A stretch of 64,000 nt of DNA from Bdellovibrionales bacterium (lineage in GTDB: Bacteria > Bdellovibrionota > Bdellovibrionia > Bdellovibrionales > CAYMLA01): NCBI GenBank assembly GCA_965217115.1, contig OZ244239.1, positions 864,001 through 928,000 of the forward strand. The letters are read 5' to 3'. Shown piece by piece: positions 19,537 to 30,807 of the stretch. Positions within the stretch are counted from its first letter, which is position 1. Every line of letters begins with the position of its first letter. The position numbers and the translations under genes were made by a program. The notes under the pieces were generated by a model that saw nothing but the letters and a program-made list of their open reading frames with translations, was not told the origin of the DNA and did no database searches.

Positions 19537-20948
19537 CGAGTCAGTGGTTTTTGAATCACATGAATGGCATGACCTAAAGCCATCTCCGCTGATTCCATCA
19601 TCGTTTCACCCAAAGTCGGATGGGGGTGAATGGTCAATGCAACATCCTCTAGAGTCGCTCCCATTTCTATAGCTAACACCGCTTCACTGATTAAATTACT
19701 CGCTTCAGGACCAACAATGTGAACTCCTAAAATCACACCCGTTTTTTCATTAGCGATGAACTTCACAAACCCCTCTGTCTCCATCAAAGACACTGCCTTG
19801 CCATTCGCTGCAAAAGGAAACTTAGATATCTTTAGATCTTTATAACCTTTGGCCTTACATTCATCTTCTGTCATTCCAGCTGAAGCTATTTCAGGGTCAG
19901 TAAATATAACTGCAGGAACTGTTTTAGCGTCGTAGACTCGATTCTTCCCTGCAATCACTTCGGCTGCAATCATCCCTTCATGGCTCGCCTTATGGGCCAA
20001 CATCGGCTGACCTGCGATATCACCAATAGCAAAAATATGGGGTAAACTCGTACGACATTGAGCATCTGTACTAACAAAACCTTTTTCATCAATATTCAAT
20101 TTTATTTTTTTCAAACCCGCTTCATCAGAATTAGGCTTGCGCCCCACTGTCACCAAGACCTTGTCTGTTTTTATTTTCTCTTCTTTAGAACTTAAATCAA
20201 CTGTCACGATATAAGCTCCCCCCGATTTTTCGCAACTCTTAGCTTTAGCATTCAGAAGAACTTTAACTCCTGATTTTTTTAACTTACGTTCAACGATTTT
20301 TGCACAATCAGGGTCCGCAGCAGCAGCTAAGAGTTTTTGACCTGCTTCGACTATGGTTACATTCGATCCTAACTTCTGCATATAAGACCCAATCTCTAGG
20401 CCAATATACCCTCCGCCAATCACCACCATGTCTTTAGGAACTTTCTCAAAATTCAACGCTCCTGTAGAAGAACAAATTCCTTGCTCATCAAAATTGAATC
20501 CAGAGATCTCAATAGGACGCGAACCCGTCGCAATAATATAATTTATCGCCTTTAAACTCTTTACTCCCTCTTTGGTCTTAATCGATAATTCTTGAGATGT
20601 TTTGAACTCAGCTTCGCCAATAATAATATCGACTTTATTGCCTTTCAAAAGTTGACTCACACCAGAGGTCATACGATCAACCACCGTGCCTTTCCAGTTT
20701 TTTAATTTTTTCATATCTAATTTAACACTACCTAGGTTAATTCCCATTTCCCCAGAATCATGTTGCGCTCGATGCAAAAAATGCGCTGCCGATATCATCG
20801 CCTTTGAAGGAATACAGCCCACATTTAAACAAATTCCACCAAGAGACTCTCTTTCTATAATAACTGTTTTTTTACCCAACTGAGCCGAACGAATCGCCGC
20901 AACATAACCACCAGGGCCAGCACCAATGACACAAACATCGTAATTCAT
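19533..20948 (-). CDS. lpdA: Dihydrolipoamide dehydrogenase (E3)
   Basis: GAGPGGYVAA, GGICLNVGCIPSK, HPHPTLGE. Confidence 0.95.
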   Translation of the reverse strand: MNYDVCVIGAGPGGYVAAIRSAQLGKKTVIIERESLGGICLNVGCIPSKAMISAAHFLHRAQHDSGEMGINLGSVKLDMKKLKNWKGTVVDRMTSGVSQLLKGNKVDIIIGEAEFKTSQELSIKTKEGVKSLKAINYIIATGSRPIEISGFNFDEQGICSSTGALNFEKVPKDMVVIGGGYIGLEIGSYMQKLGSNVTIVEAGQKLLAAAADPDCAKIVERKLKKSGVKVLLNAKAKSCEKSGGAYIVTVDLSSKEEKIKTDKVLVTVGRKPNSDEAGLKKIKLNIDEKGFVSTDAQCRTSLPHIFAIGDIAGQPMLAHKASHEGMIAAEVIAGKNRVYDAKTVPAVIFTDPEIASAGMTEDECKAKGYKDLKISKFPFAANGKAVSLMETEGFVKFIANEKTGVILGVHIVGPEASNLISEAVLAIEMGATLEDVALTIHPHPTLGETMMESAEMALGHAIHVIQKPLTR

Positions 20949-20964
20949 ATTATTCTTCCTTATT

Positions 20965-22218
20965 TTAGATCATATCCAGTATTAGATTTCCTGGATTTTC
21001 AATGCGCTTTAAAAAAGACCTCAGAAAATGGGCCGCCACAGCTCCGTCAATCAAGCGATGATCTGCCGTTATTGTAAAGCTCATCATTTTCGCCAATTCA
21101 AGCTCAGTATCCACAATCACTGGACGATCCACAATTTTATACATTCCCAGTATAGCCACCTCTGGATGATTAATAATAGGCGTTGCCGATAACCCACCAA
21201 TAGAACCAATGTTAGTGATTGTTATCGTTGCCCCTTTCATCTCTTCTAGCTTAAGTTTTCCCTCTCTCGCACGAGTGGCTAGATCCACAATCTCCCTACT
21301 GATCTCAAGAATGGTCTTACGATCAGCATCTTTAATCACTGGAACCATTAATCCACTAGGTGTCTCCGCCGCAAAACCAATATTATAATATTTCTTATAA
21401 ACAATTTCCTGAGCTTCGTCGTCAATGCTTGCATTGAACATAGGGAACTCTCGCATAGTGCAGATCAAAGCCTTCATCGCAAATGGTAAATAAGTCACCT
21501 TAGTTCCATACTGAGCTGCCTGTTCTTTCACCTGGTTGCGAAGTTTCACCAACTCCGTCACATCGACTTCATCACACAAAGAAAAATGGGGAATGATCGT
21601 CTTACACATTTGCATGTTTTCAGCAATTTTTCGACGTATTCCCTTCAAAGGCACTCTTTCCTCTATCGCTCCGGCTGGCCCTTGATAAAAAGGACGGAGA
21701 ATCCCTTTTACCGAAGAAACAACTGATGTTTTTCCTGCAACATCGCCTGAACGACTTTGTGCCAATACGTCTTCTCGGGTCACACGACCAGCCAACCCTG
21801 TTCCATGCAAACGATTAACATCCACACTTAGCTCACGAGCCAAACGCTTAGTCGAAGGCGTTGCTAAAACCGTCACTTTCGCAACAGGTGGCTGTATTGA
21901 CGATGGTCTGCTTGTTTGGGTGTCTGCCAAAGAAACAGCTGGAGCAGCTGGGGCAGCTACGGGTAGAGGAATCTCTCCATCGGATGCTTTAACCACCAAC
22001 ATCACTTGGCCCACTTCCACTGTGTCACCCGAATTTAGCTTTAATTCTTTAACAACTCCAGAAAAAGGAGTGGGCACTTCCACCGTCGCTTTGTCTGTCA
22101 TGATCTCTGCCACGGGCTGGTCTATTGCCACCTGATCTCCCACTTTAACAAGCCAATCGACCATCTCCCCTTCAGTCACACCTTCACCAATTTCAGGTAA
22201 CTTAATCTCCGTCGCCAT
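20965..22218 (-). CDS. 2-oxoacid dehydrogenase E2 (dihydrolipoamide acyltransferase, one lipoyl domain)
   Basis: TDKATVE lipoyl Lys, E3-binding domain, DHRLIDG catalytic motif. Confidence 0.93.
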   Translation of the reverse strand: MATEIKLPEIGEGVTEGEMVDWLVKVGDQVAIDQPVAEIMTDKATVEVPTPFSGVVKELKLNSGDTVEVGQVMLVVKASDGEIPLPVAAPAAPAVSLADTQTSRPSSIQPPVAKVTVLATPSTKRLARELSVDVNRLHGTGLAGRVTREDVLAQSRSGDVAGKTSVVSSVKGILRPFYQGPAGAIEERVPLKGIRRKIAENMQMCKTIIPHFSLCDEVDVTELVKLRNQVKEQAAQYGTKVTYLPFAMKALICTMREFPMFNASIDDEAQEIVYKKYYNIGFAAETPSGLMVPVIKDADRKTILEISREIVDLATRAREGKLKLEEMKGATITITNIGSIGGLSATPIINHPEVAILGMYKIVDRPVIVDTELELAKMMSFTITADHRLIDGAVAAHFLRSFLKRIENPGNLILDMI

Positions 22219-23153
22219 TACTCTCTCCCAATTGAAACTTCTCTTCTTAATTTACCCTGTCTTTGCTTTTCAATCACACCTTTACGAAAATATTCCCCCG
22301 CACGATAGGAACTTCTCACCAAAGGTCCACTAACTACATATAAAAAACCCATGTTTTCAGCTTCTTTTTGCAATTCTTTAAACCGTTCGGGAGTTATAAA
22401 CTCCCTCACCTGCAAAGACTTCCCTGAGGGTTGTAAATACTGGCCAAAAGTCAGCATATCACAACCCACTGACCTTAGATCTTTTAATGTCTCTACAATT
22501 TCGCCTTGCTTCTCTCCCAAACCAACCATTAAAGACGTCTTAGTATAAACTTCAGGTTTCATCTCCTTAGCCATTTCCAAGACCCGCAAAGACTGCCTGT
22601 AATTCGCCCGAGGATCCCGCACCTCACTTTGTAAACTCTCAACTGTCTCTACATTATGAGCAAAAACATCTAAACCGCTCTCAAGAACTGTTTGAACATG
22701 TTCTCTAATACCACTAAAATCAGGCGTAAGAGCCTCAATTAAAATATGAGGACTAAATTTTTTTACCGCCATCACTGTTTTAGCAAAATGTCCTGATCCA
22801 AGATCTAATAAATCATCTCTATCAACACTGGTTAAAACAATATAATCCAAATTCAATTGAGCAATAGAGCGGCCCAATTTCTCTGGTTCAAGCTCATCTA
22901 TCTCTCCCTTAGGGTTTCCCGTTTTAACAGCACAAAAACGACAACCCCTCGTACAGGTATCTCCCATAAGCATAAAAGTCGCCGTCCCCCCTTCCCAACA
23001 TTCTCCAATATTAGGACATTGAGCTTCCTGACAAACCGTCGCGACACCCAAGTCTTTAACCAACTTATATATATCTTTATAACCCCTCCCAACAGGTGCT
23101 GGAACTTTAAGCCACTTAGGTAGGGGCAAACGCTTTTTCTTAACCGTATCCAT
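22218..23153 (-). CDS. lipA: Lipoyl synthase
   Basis: CQEAQCPNIGEC, CTRGCRFC, PLVRSSY. Confidence 0.95.
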   Translation of the reverse strand: MDTVKKKRLPLPKWLKVPAPVGRGYKDIYKLVKDLGVATVCQEAQCPNIGECWEGGTATFMLMGDTCTRGCRFCAVKTGNPKGEIDELEPEKLGRSIAQLNLDYIVLTSVDRDDLLDLGSGHFAKTVMAVKKFSPHILIEALTPDFSGIREHVQTVLESGLDVFAHNVETVESLQSEVRDPRANYRQSLRVLEMAKEMKPEVYTKTSLMVGLGEKQGEIVETLKDLRSVGCDMLTFGQYLQPSGKSLQVREFITPERFKELQKEAENMGFLYVVSGPLVRSSYRAGEYFRKGVIEKQRQGKLRREVSIGRE

Positions 23154-23447
23154 GTCATCGGTTTACCAGAGAGCATCGCTTTTGTACACACACATCATAA
23201 GCGACTTTTCGCCACCCCCCAATAATACGTATTCTCACTTATTATCAAGTAGTTACTGACTATCTCTCCCCTGTTTTTTCTAAATTAAAACTCCTATTCG
23301 GAGTCACTCCTCTAAGGAAACACTCCAAATATGCGCTTCAGGTCAGAAAAAAACGTCCTAAGCATTACTAAAATAAAACCTAAAGTGGTATTTAGAACAC
23401 TTAAAAAGAGTCCGAAACTAAACATTATCTCTAAAGAGGGGTTATCA

Positions 23448-24203
23448 GTGAAATTCCATAAACCTTTACAAGAAGGACTCTTTATCAAGCGCTACAAAAG
23501 ATTCTTTGCCGATATTAGTTTTAACGGTAAAATTATCACAGCCCATTGCCCTAACACTGGAAGTATGAAGGGCTGTCAGCCACCCCAAGCTTCTTGTTTT
23601 TTCTCAACAAGCGACAATCCTAAAAGGAAACTTCCCTATACCTTAGAGATGATTAAGACCTCTACATCATGGGTGGGCGTAAATACAGCTCTTCCAAATA
23701 AGCTCACCTATGAGGCTTGGCAAAATCAAGTCGTCAATCACTGGAACTCCTTTGATCAAGCTCAGTTAGAAGTTAAAATTAACTCCACCACTCGTTTAGA
23801 CCTAGCACTGTGGAAATCCACTGAAAATTCAACAGAAAAGATTAAGTTTCAAGATTCTGATTTCTTTTCTGCAAGCAGTCCAAAGTTCCATTTTATCGAA
23901 ATTAAAAACGTTAGTCTCGTGGAAGAAGGACGAGCCTGTTTCCCTGATGCAGTCACTCTAAGAGGGCAGAAACACCTCAAAGAGCTAACAAAGCTCATTC
24001 AATCTGGTCACACAGGAGAAATATTTTTTGTCGTACAGAGACATGATGCAAAAGAATTTTCCCCTGCTGATCACATTGATTCTGAATATGGTCGTTTACT
24101 GCGCGAAGGACAAGAGCAGGGGTTGAAAATCTCGGCCTACCCATGTCACCTCTCATCTACAGAAATAAAGATACAACCTTCGCCTTTAAAAATCATTTTA
24201 TAA
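23448..24203 (+). CDS. sfsA: SfsA-family nuclease
   Basis: KRYKRFFAD, HCPNTGSM, EIKNVSL, FPDAVTLRGQKHL; probable GTG start at 23448. Confidence 0.88.
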   Translation: MKFHKPLQEGLFIKRYKRFFADISFNGKIITAHCPNTGSMKGCQPPQASCFFSTSDNPKRKLPYTLEMIKTSTSWVGVNTALPNKLTYEAWQNQVVNHWNSFDQAQLEVKINSTTRLDLALWKSTENSTEKIKFQDSDFFSASSPKFHFIEIKNVSLVEEGRACFPDAVTLRGQKHLKELTKLIQSGHTGEIFFVVQRHDAKEFSPADHIDSEYGRLLREGQEQGLKISAYPCHLSSTEIKIQPSPLKIIL

Positions 24204-24361
24204 ACAATACTCTAATGACGGAATCTCTATGTTCTAACAGTAACAGCCAGCATAAAATCAGATAATTAAAAAAATTGCAGACAAACGCCAATGACTAAGC
24301 TTATTAAGTATCTATCAAAATTAAGATCTAAAAACACCCATACTTAACAGGAGATAATTAC

Positions 24362-25201
24362 ATGGTAAACCACAGAAATAAAATAACTGTCCTTTTCTTC
24401 TTCTCTATTCTTTTGCCGTCTCTATCTCTGGCTTGGGGTTCCACTGGCCATAGGGCCGTTGGGCTTATCGCCGAAAATCACCTCACTCTTAAGGCACGCA
24501 AGGCTATTAAAAAAATAACTGGTGACGAGTCTCTTGCACAAATGAGTACATGGCCAGATTATATAAAATCCAATCCAAAGCATGATTTTAGAAAACCATG
24601 GCACTACATTAATATAAAAGATGGGGGAACCTACACCAAAACTGCCACAAACTCTCGCGGCGATGTTGTCATATCTATTAATGAACAGATCAAAACTTTA
24701 AAAAATAAAAAATCCACTAAGAATCAAAAAGCAATCGCCCTTAAATTTCTTGTACACTTAATTGGAGATATTCACCAACCTCTTCACGTCGGACGCTCTA
24801 AAGATCGTGGTGGCAACTCTCTTAAAATTCTTTTCTTTAAAGCAGAAACAAATCTCCATCGTTTATGGGATGAAAACATGATAGACCACTCAAAACTCAG
24901 TTTTACAGAGCTCACACGGTTTGTTGATCGTCCCTCTCAATTTCATAAAAAATGGCTCAACACAAATGCCGAAGATTGGGCCAACGAAGCTGTACGCCTA
25001 CGAGGTATTGTCTATAATTTCACCGAATCATACATCAAGCCCTATTCACAAGAACATCTAACTATGACTCCAAAACTATTTAATGGTAAAGTCCCAAAGG
25101 TTAGCTGGAGATACATTACTCGCAATTGGCCCGTTATCAAAAAACAAATTCACAAAGCAGGGCGTCGTCTAGCCAACACCCTTAATCAAATTTATCAATA
25201 A
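24362..25201 (+). CDS. Secreted S1/P1 nuclease
   Basis: Signal peptide, then WGSTGH, WPD, HLIGDIHQPLH, NLHRLWD. Confidence 0.9.
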   Translation: MVNHRNKITVLFFFSILLPSLSLAWGSTGHRAVGLIAENHLTLKARKAIKKITGDESLAQMSTWPDYIKSNPKHDFRKPWHYINIKDGGTYTKTATNSRGDVVISINEQIKTLKNKKSTKNQKAIALKFLVHLIGDIHQPLHVGRSKDRGGNSLKILFFKAETNLHRLWDENMIDHSKLSFTELTRFVDRPSQFHKKWLNTNAEDWANEAVRLRGIVYNFTESYIKPYSQEHLTMTPKLFNGKVPKVSWRYITRNWPVIKKQIHKAGRRLANTLNQIYQ

Positions 25202-25221
25202 ACTTGTAGCTCTTTAGAAAC

Positions 25222-25253
25222 AAAAAAAGGAGTGACTTTTAAGAAGTCACTCC
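25222..25253 (-). terminator. Terminator between the convergent S1/P1 nuclease and DsbA genes
   Basis: GGAGTGACTT/AAGTCACTCC stem preceded by A7. Confidence 0.65.
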
Positions 25254-25282
25254 CTATGTTCTATGTTTTTTTTACTGTTATA

Positions 25283-26086
25283 TTAGATATTCGATAAATG
25301 ACGATCAATGACCTTTTTAAACTCAGGGTAAGGATAAGCCCCTTTCAAAGACACTCCATTTATTAAGAATCCAGGAGTTCCACTAAACCCAAACTTGCGA
25401 GCTTCAGCAATGTCAGATTTTAACTGTTTTTCTACCTTAGAAGACTTTAGATCTTTAGCTAATTTTTTCATATTAACTCCTACCTTTCTGGCTGTCTTCT
25501 TTAAAAAACTTTCTCCACCTTTTATCTTTGCCTGTTGCTCAAAAAGAATATCATGGAACTTATAAGCCTTGTCTCCGGACTGCATACCAATCGCAATAAA
25601 ATATCGGGCTGCTGGGACTGCATTTGGGTGGAATTCCAGGGGGAGATGCTTATAAACGACACGAACCTTATCTCCATACTCTTCCATAATCTGCTTGATT
25701 GTTCCATAGGCTTTACTGCAATAAGAACATTCAAAATCAGAGTATTCAACAATAGTTACAGAAGCTTCCTTCTTGCCCAAGATTGGGCGGTCTGCTTCAA
25801 TCAATGGTTTAACTGGATTTTTAAACTCATCTTCACGACGCTTTTTTTCGTCACTAGCTTGCTTCGACCTCTTTTGTTCTTGAGCTTTACGAGCAGCTTT
25901 ATTCACTACTTCAATAAACTTCTCAGGGTTTTTCTCTATGGTAGAAAAAACGATGTCTGGGTTTTTTTCAATCACCCCTTTCAACTGTGAAGCCGATGGT
26001 GCACAACCACCCAAGATAAAACCTATCACTAACAAACTTAAAGCACTGACTAAAGTTTTCAATTCACTTCTCCTTACAAAAAACAT
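25283..26086 (-). CDS. DsbA/Com1-like thioredoxin-fold lipoprotein
   Basis: YSDFECSYC, GTPGFLING, lipobox LGGC. Confidence 0.88.
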   Translation of the reverse strand: MFFVRRSELKTLVSALSLLVIGFILGGCAPSASQLKGVIEKNPDIVFSTIEKNPEKFIEVVNKAARKAQEQKRSKQASDEKKRREDEFKNPVKPLIEADRPILGKKEASVTIVEYSDFECSYCSKAYGTIKQIMEEYGDKVRVVYKHLPLEFHPNAVPAARYFIAIGMQSGDKAYKFHDILFEQQAKIKGGESFLKKTARKVGVNMKKLAKDLKSSKVEKQLKSDIAEARKFGFSGTPGFLINGVSLKGAYPYPEFKKVIDRHLSNI

Positions 26087-26427
26087 TAATAATTATTAAT
26101 AAACCAAAATTCTCAATATCTTCTTACGACACTGATCATGCCACAATCACTTCTCATAGTTCAACCACTATCACTATTGAAATAATAAAAGAAGAGATCT
26201 TCGTCCCGTACTATACTAACACAGAGGGCTTTAAATCCCATATCAATGTCAACATCACTCTATGGAAGATAAGATTTTGAGGATACAAAACGACACGGAG
26301 AGCAATTCAATGGAAATCAATATAATGCGATGACCCATTAACAGCGGCCCTCTACAAAAGTCTAGTCTCTTCAAATAAAACCCATCAAATAGTCACAAAC
26401 AGAGTTAAAAGTAATAAGCTTATACTG

Positions 26428-27054
26428 ATGAAAACTTTATATACCATAAGTATACATTCAATAGCTATTTTGTTCTTGTCTCTCACCACTAGCTGCTCCA
26501 GCTCTAATAGAAAACCTCTATTTCAAGTTGATCAGAATCAACTCGTTGGAACAAAATTAGAGGCAACGTCCTTCCAATTAAAAATTAAAAATATTGACCA
26601 AATGCAAAAGCTTGTGGATGGTTTTATTCTTGAAACTGAAACCAAACACAACATTTTACCATTAAAAAGAGCCACGCGTCTTATCCTCTCACACTCCAAT
26701 GAAAATGCTATGGTCGATAAACTACTACCGCAGATAATAACCTATTTACTGGATTGGAAAGAACTAGAAAACATCTTCACCGAACTCACAGAAGAGGCTT
26801 TGCACAGGGTCAAGGCTCGACATGGTAAAACCACTCATCAAGTGACCTACGTAATACTTCTAGAAAATATAGTCTATGAACTCAACTCTAAAAAGAAGGA
26901 TTGGCCGTTCTCTAAAAAACTTTTACAAAGAATTTCTAATGCTGATATTAAAGTTTCTAAGACAGTCCGGAGTGAATTGCAACTGCGTACAATGAAACAT
27001 GTTGTTTCCCCTTCTCGCTTAGCTCAGTCTGTTTTGCGAGAAACAGCACTCTGA
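26428..27054 (+). CDS. Hypothetical lipoprotein
   Basis: Lipobox-like LTTSC, 208-aa ORF. Confidence 0.6.
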   Translation: MKTLYTISIHSIAILFLSLTTSCSSSNRKPLFQVDQNQLVGTKLEATSFQLKIKNIDQMQKLVDGFILETETKHNILPLKRATRLILSHSNENAMVDKLLPQIITYLLDWKELENIFTELTEEALHRVKARHGKTTHQVTYVILLENIVYELNSKKKDWPFSKKLLQRISNADIKVSKTVRSELQLRTMKHVVSPSRLAQSVLRETAL

Positions 27055-29705
27055 CTACCAAGAATAAGCCCGTTGTTTTTTCTAATTCTATTAGGAAGGG
27101 ACCATTCTGCAGGATCACTCCAAAATGTTTTCCACCCTCGGGAGAGAACGTCAGCAAAACTCGATGCCGTCTCTCCAAATGATTGTAAATAACCTATGTC
27201 TTCTCGTTTAGCTCTCTCTTTTATGAGAACTTCCACATTTTCTCGCGTGGCCTTTTGATAAAATTTCATATAAGAAATCCATGCATTTTCAATGCTAGGT
27301 ATGTTCTCCGCAATAGAAGAGTCCTGCCTACCTCTCCTGCTTGAACTCTTTTGTCTCTTAAAACGTTCAATATCCACTGCTAAAAGCTCTATGGCATAAT
27401 TAAGACGATCAATATTCATATAATTTCGATTTTCCCCTGGAGAACGAAGAAAAATCGACAGGTTTTGAAGATTATCATTCAAACTCACATCAGGTCCCGA
27501 TAAAAGCCTTACTTGTAACGACCAGTAAACCTCAGGAATATGTTTTAAGCCATAAAGAGATCGTAAAGCTGAAAGCCAAACAACTCGATAATGACTCGGA
27601 TACTCATAAGCTCTCTTAATTAAATTAATAAATTCGTTCTCATTGAGAGTGATTAATTTTTCTGACGTCAGAGCATCGTAAATATTTGGAAATTTTGAAG
27701 AAATCTCCCCTCGAGTACCTCCTTCTAAAGCAGATAAAATATTCAAACAAGCTTTTTGTCTGGACGCACGCACAAGGTTACTTGCTTCGTAAATAAATTC
27801 TTTTTTCTTAAAAGATAAATGTATGCAGAGGGGATACAGAATCTCTTGAGTCGCTCGATAGAAATCTTCATTGCGCTCGTCAATAGACGCCAAGGATAGC
27901 TGCACACTCATACTTGGTGATGGGTCCGTATAGGTTAAAGCTAAACTGGAGTTATACAAAATTAGATATGTCAGGGAGTACATCGAGGCACTCGTCACTC
28001 CAAAGTCTATAGCTGTCAATAAAATGCTCGCAGGACTGAGGAGAGAAAATTTTCTAGCTATTTTCAAAGCCTTATTTGCGCCTTTATTTTTTATTGTTTT
28101 CGGAAATTTGGGAAAAAAGCGTAGAGCAAATGCACTCCAAGTTGATGACTGCAATATTTTAACAACGAATCGAGACAGGCCAGTTAAAGATACTTTTATA
28201 AAAGGAGCTAAATTCTTTGATGGAAGATTTCTCGTTACACGAAAAAATCTCACAGCCATCCCGCGTACAAAAATTTCAATATTTTTTCTATGAGCTTTAG
28301 ACTTTACGATGATTCCTAAGCCAAGAGCTACTAACCATGAACGAAAGGCATCTGTTTTAAAATGACGATCAAACTTAACATCAACAGAGAACTCCTGTTT
28401 AGCTTTGATAAGATCAAAGCTTTGTCCCTTAAATTCTGCAGCACGACGCCTCCCCCTCATATAAGAGTAATACCGATGAAGCACATACACTTGTCTCATT
28501 CCTTGGTAACAAGCGTAAGTCATAAAAACAGTCTCGATTCCCATAGATGTCAGTATGGCAAAACTCCAAGCTCTAGCGCTTGTTATGGCTGTACTTATTT
28601 TTGCTCCAAAAACACTGGATAACCCCGCGCCCCAAAAGGCCGCTGTTTTAGATCTGTTATGAACCACTCTCTGTATCAGTAAAGATAAATCCACATGGGA
28701 CACATTGAATTCTTCTGATGATAACAACTCACTTTCTTCATATCCATAAACATTAGGCCTATCATGAATATCCTCAATTAAATCATCAATGACTTCTTGG
28801 TTCTTAATATGTAATTCTTTAGAAGTTATTGCCCCTCCGAAATTTCCTGTTAACCCAACTAGATAATCCAAAAACTTAAACGTCTTCCCTGAGAGAACAT
28901 CTCCCTTGGTGTGAAGAGCGTATCTTGCCTTAGATCCAGATATCTCTTCTCCATAACTAGTCTGATCTCTCTTTAAGGACAAGAGAGCCTCCTTCTCCTC
29001 TTCTGAAAAAGAATCTGTCTCTGAAAGCATAGAAAATAAACTCGCCTGATTTGTCGCAGGCATTCTTTTGCCTCTTGAATGTTTTAGAGAATTCAGAACA
29101 TACTCTTTTTCTTTAGATAAGGAAAAAACCCATTGCCCACCATCATCGTAACCACGAAATTTAAAAATACTAATAAACCTCAAAGCATCTACGGCAGCAG
29201 CGGCTAAAATAGCGTTAGTTCCATTCTTTTTTTCAATAGACTGGGATAGTTTGTAATAAGCATGAAGAGTTGCCTCATTCAACCAGAGCTTAAACTCAGC
29301 ATGACTCTCTGGCAACTGATGTAAATCCCACTGTTCTTTCTCAGTAAAACTCTGATAATTATTTATTAAAACCTGTCTTTGTGATAATTTACTTGCTGCC
29401 CACTCTTCAAATTCTTCAACTTTCCAGTCCTTTCCGGATAACAAAGATATCTCTTTCAATGAAATTGGAATTGTCGGTGTTTGACGCTCAAACCTCTGAG
29501 AAGAACCTAGTTTCTCAACCATGTCCCCAGAAGGCTGGAGCTGCACATTTTTGAAAAAATGCCTCTCCCCGCTCTCTACAGATTCTGATGTTAAGCGTTC
29601 TGTTGTTAATCCAACAGGTTGTCTCGCTTCTTTCTTAAAGAAATATAGCAAAAGCAAACCTAAAACTAAAACAGCCACAAGCCACAGTGGTCGATTTTTA
29701 TCCAT
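27024..29705 (-). CDS. Large hypothetical membrane protein
   Basis: 893-aa ORF, N-terminal anchor, central hydrophobic helices. Confidence 0.65.
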   Translation of the reverse strand: MDKNRPLWLVAVLVLGLLLLYFFKKEARQPVGLTTERLTSESVESGERHFFKNVQLQPSGDMVEKLGSSQRFERQTPTIPISLKEISLLSGKDWKVEEFEEWAASKLSQRQVLINNYQSFTEKEQWDLHQLPESHAEFKLWLNEATLHAYYKLSQSIEKKNGTNAILAAAAVDALRFISIFKFRGYDDGGQWVFSLSKEKEYVLNSLKHSRGKRMPATNQASLFSMLSETDSFSEEEKEALLSLKRDQTSYGEEISGSKARYALHTKGDVLSGKTFKFLDYLVGLTGNFGGAITSKELHIKNQEVIDDLIEDIHDRPNVYGYEESELLSSEEFNVSHVDLSLLIQRVVHNRSKTAAFWGAGLSSVFGAKISTAITSARAWSFAILTSMGIETVFMTYACYQGMRQVYVLHRYYSYMRGRRRAAEFKGQSFDLIKAKQEFSVDVKFDRHFKTDAFRSWLVALGLGIIVKSKAHRKNIEIFVRGMAVRFFRVTRNLPSKNLAPFIKVSLTGLSRFVVKILQSSTWSAFALRFFPKFPKTIKNKGANKALKIARKFSLLSPASILLTAIDFGVTSASMYSLTYLILYNSSLALTYTDPSPSMSVQLSLASIDERNEDFYRATQEILYPLCIHLSFKKKEFIYEASNLVRASRQKACLNILSALEGGTRGEISSKFPNIYDALTSEKLITLNENEFINLIKRAYEYPSHYRVVWLSALRSLYGLKHIPEVYWSLQVRLLSGPDVSLNDNLQNLSIFLRSPGENRNYMNIDRLNYAIELLAVDIERFKRQKSSSRRGRQDSSIAENIPSIENAWISYMKFYQKATRENVEVLIKERAKREDIGYLQSFGETASSFADVLSRGWKTFWSDPAEWSLPNRIRKNNGLILGSQSAVSRKTD

Positions 29706-29897
29706 ACACCTAAGATTTCGGATAATCTCACTAAGATCTTGAGTTTATTTACTATATAGAGAAATAACCGTTCATTTAAGTGTCTTTTTAAAGGATTTCT
29801 TCTTAAAAATAAGATTAGGTGGTTAGACTCAAGAGGCGAACCCCGCCCAAACCAGAAGAGCTGCTTTTAAATCAAAAATTGAGACACTAGTAAGGCC

Positions 29898-30623
29898 CTA
29901 ATATCTCCAAAGAAAGTGAGCCACATACTGCACTTCTGACAAAGGCTCACCGACATTGTAATCATAGGAACCCACTGAAAAATGGGTCAACATATCATCT
30001 TTAAGATGCTGGGTTATTCCTACAGATGTCGACTGGGATTTTACAAAATAATTAGTTTCCGAAGTCAGATATCTCGAGTGCCTATAGGAAACTTGAAGAG
30101 TCTCTCTCAAATGAAACGATTCAGTCGCCCTTGGTCCCATTGGTAATACCCATTTTAACTCTAAGCTTGATTTTTTCAACGTGACCTCTAAATCATTTGC
30201 ACTCAGAGAATATTTACTTCCAAGCTTTAAACCCTCTTCGGTTTCTACCTCAACTTGACTCAATTTATGCCTCAACTCGTAAGCTGTGCGAAAACGAGAA
30301 TCATTTCTGACAAACTCATCCATGCGTACTTCAACCAAACGGCGAATCATTAATTCACCAAATTTAGAACGTCGTTCATTTTCATCTTGAAAAGAAATGT
30401 CCCTCTCCTGAAATTCATACATACTGTACCAGTCTTGATTCACTTCGTTGTGACCAAATTCCAACCCATACTTCTCTTTGAACTCTTTAACTAAAGGTTT
30501 CGTAAAAATAAGCCCCTCAGAGGATTTGTCTTTAGGACACTTCCACAATAGAGAACAATCCTGGCTTTGCACTTTGCAAACCCCTAGGATAACAAATAAA
30601 AGCACACTAAAGACGCGTCGCAT
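29898..30623 (-). CDS. Hypothetical secreted protein (beta-rich C-terminus)
   Basis: Signal peptide, GGAGG RBS, aromatic C-terminus. Confidence 0.6.
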   Translation of the reverse strand: MRRVFSVLLFVILGVCKVQSQDCSLLWKCPKDKSSEGLIFTKPLVKEFKEKYGLEFGHNEVNQDWYSMYEFQERDISFQDENERRSKFGELMIRRLVEVRMDEFVRNDSRFRTAYELRHKLSQVEVETEEGLKLGSKYSLSANDLEVTLKKSSLELKWVLPMGPRATESFHLRETLQVSYRHSRYLTSETNYFVKSQSTSVGITQHLKDDMLTHFSVGSYDYNVGEPLSEVQYVAHFLWRY

Positions 30624-30807
30624 TATTCCTCCATTCTTGTATTATACACCAATAATAAGAAGGGGGAGGTTAAAAAAGGCAGTAAAGGTGTAACTATTTA
30701 AAATCACTTGAAATTAGTGTGTAAAAATAACTGTAACTTCCCTTTTTTGTCATTTCTATACTTCACAGTGTACAGGGCAGTGACAAAGGCAATACCTTCG
30801 CCTATGT

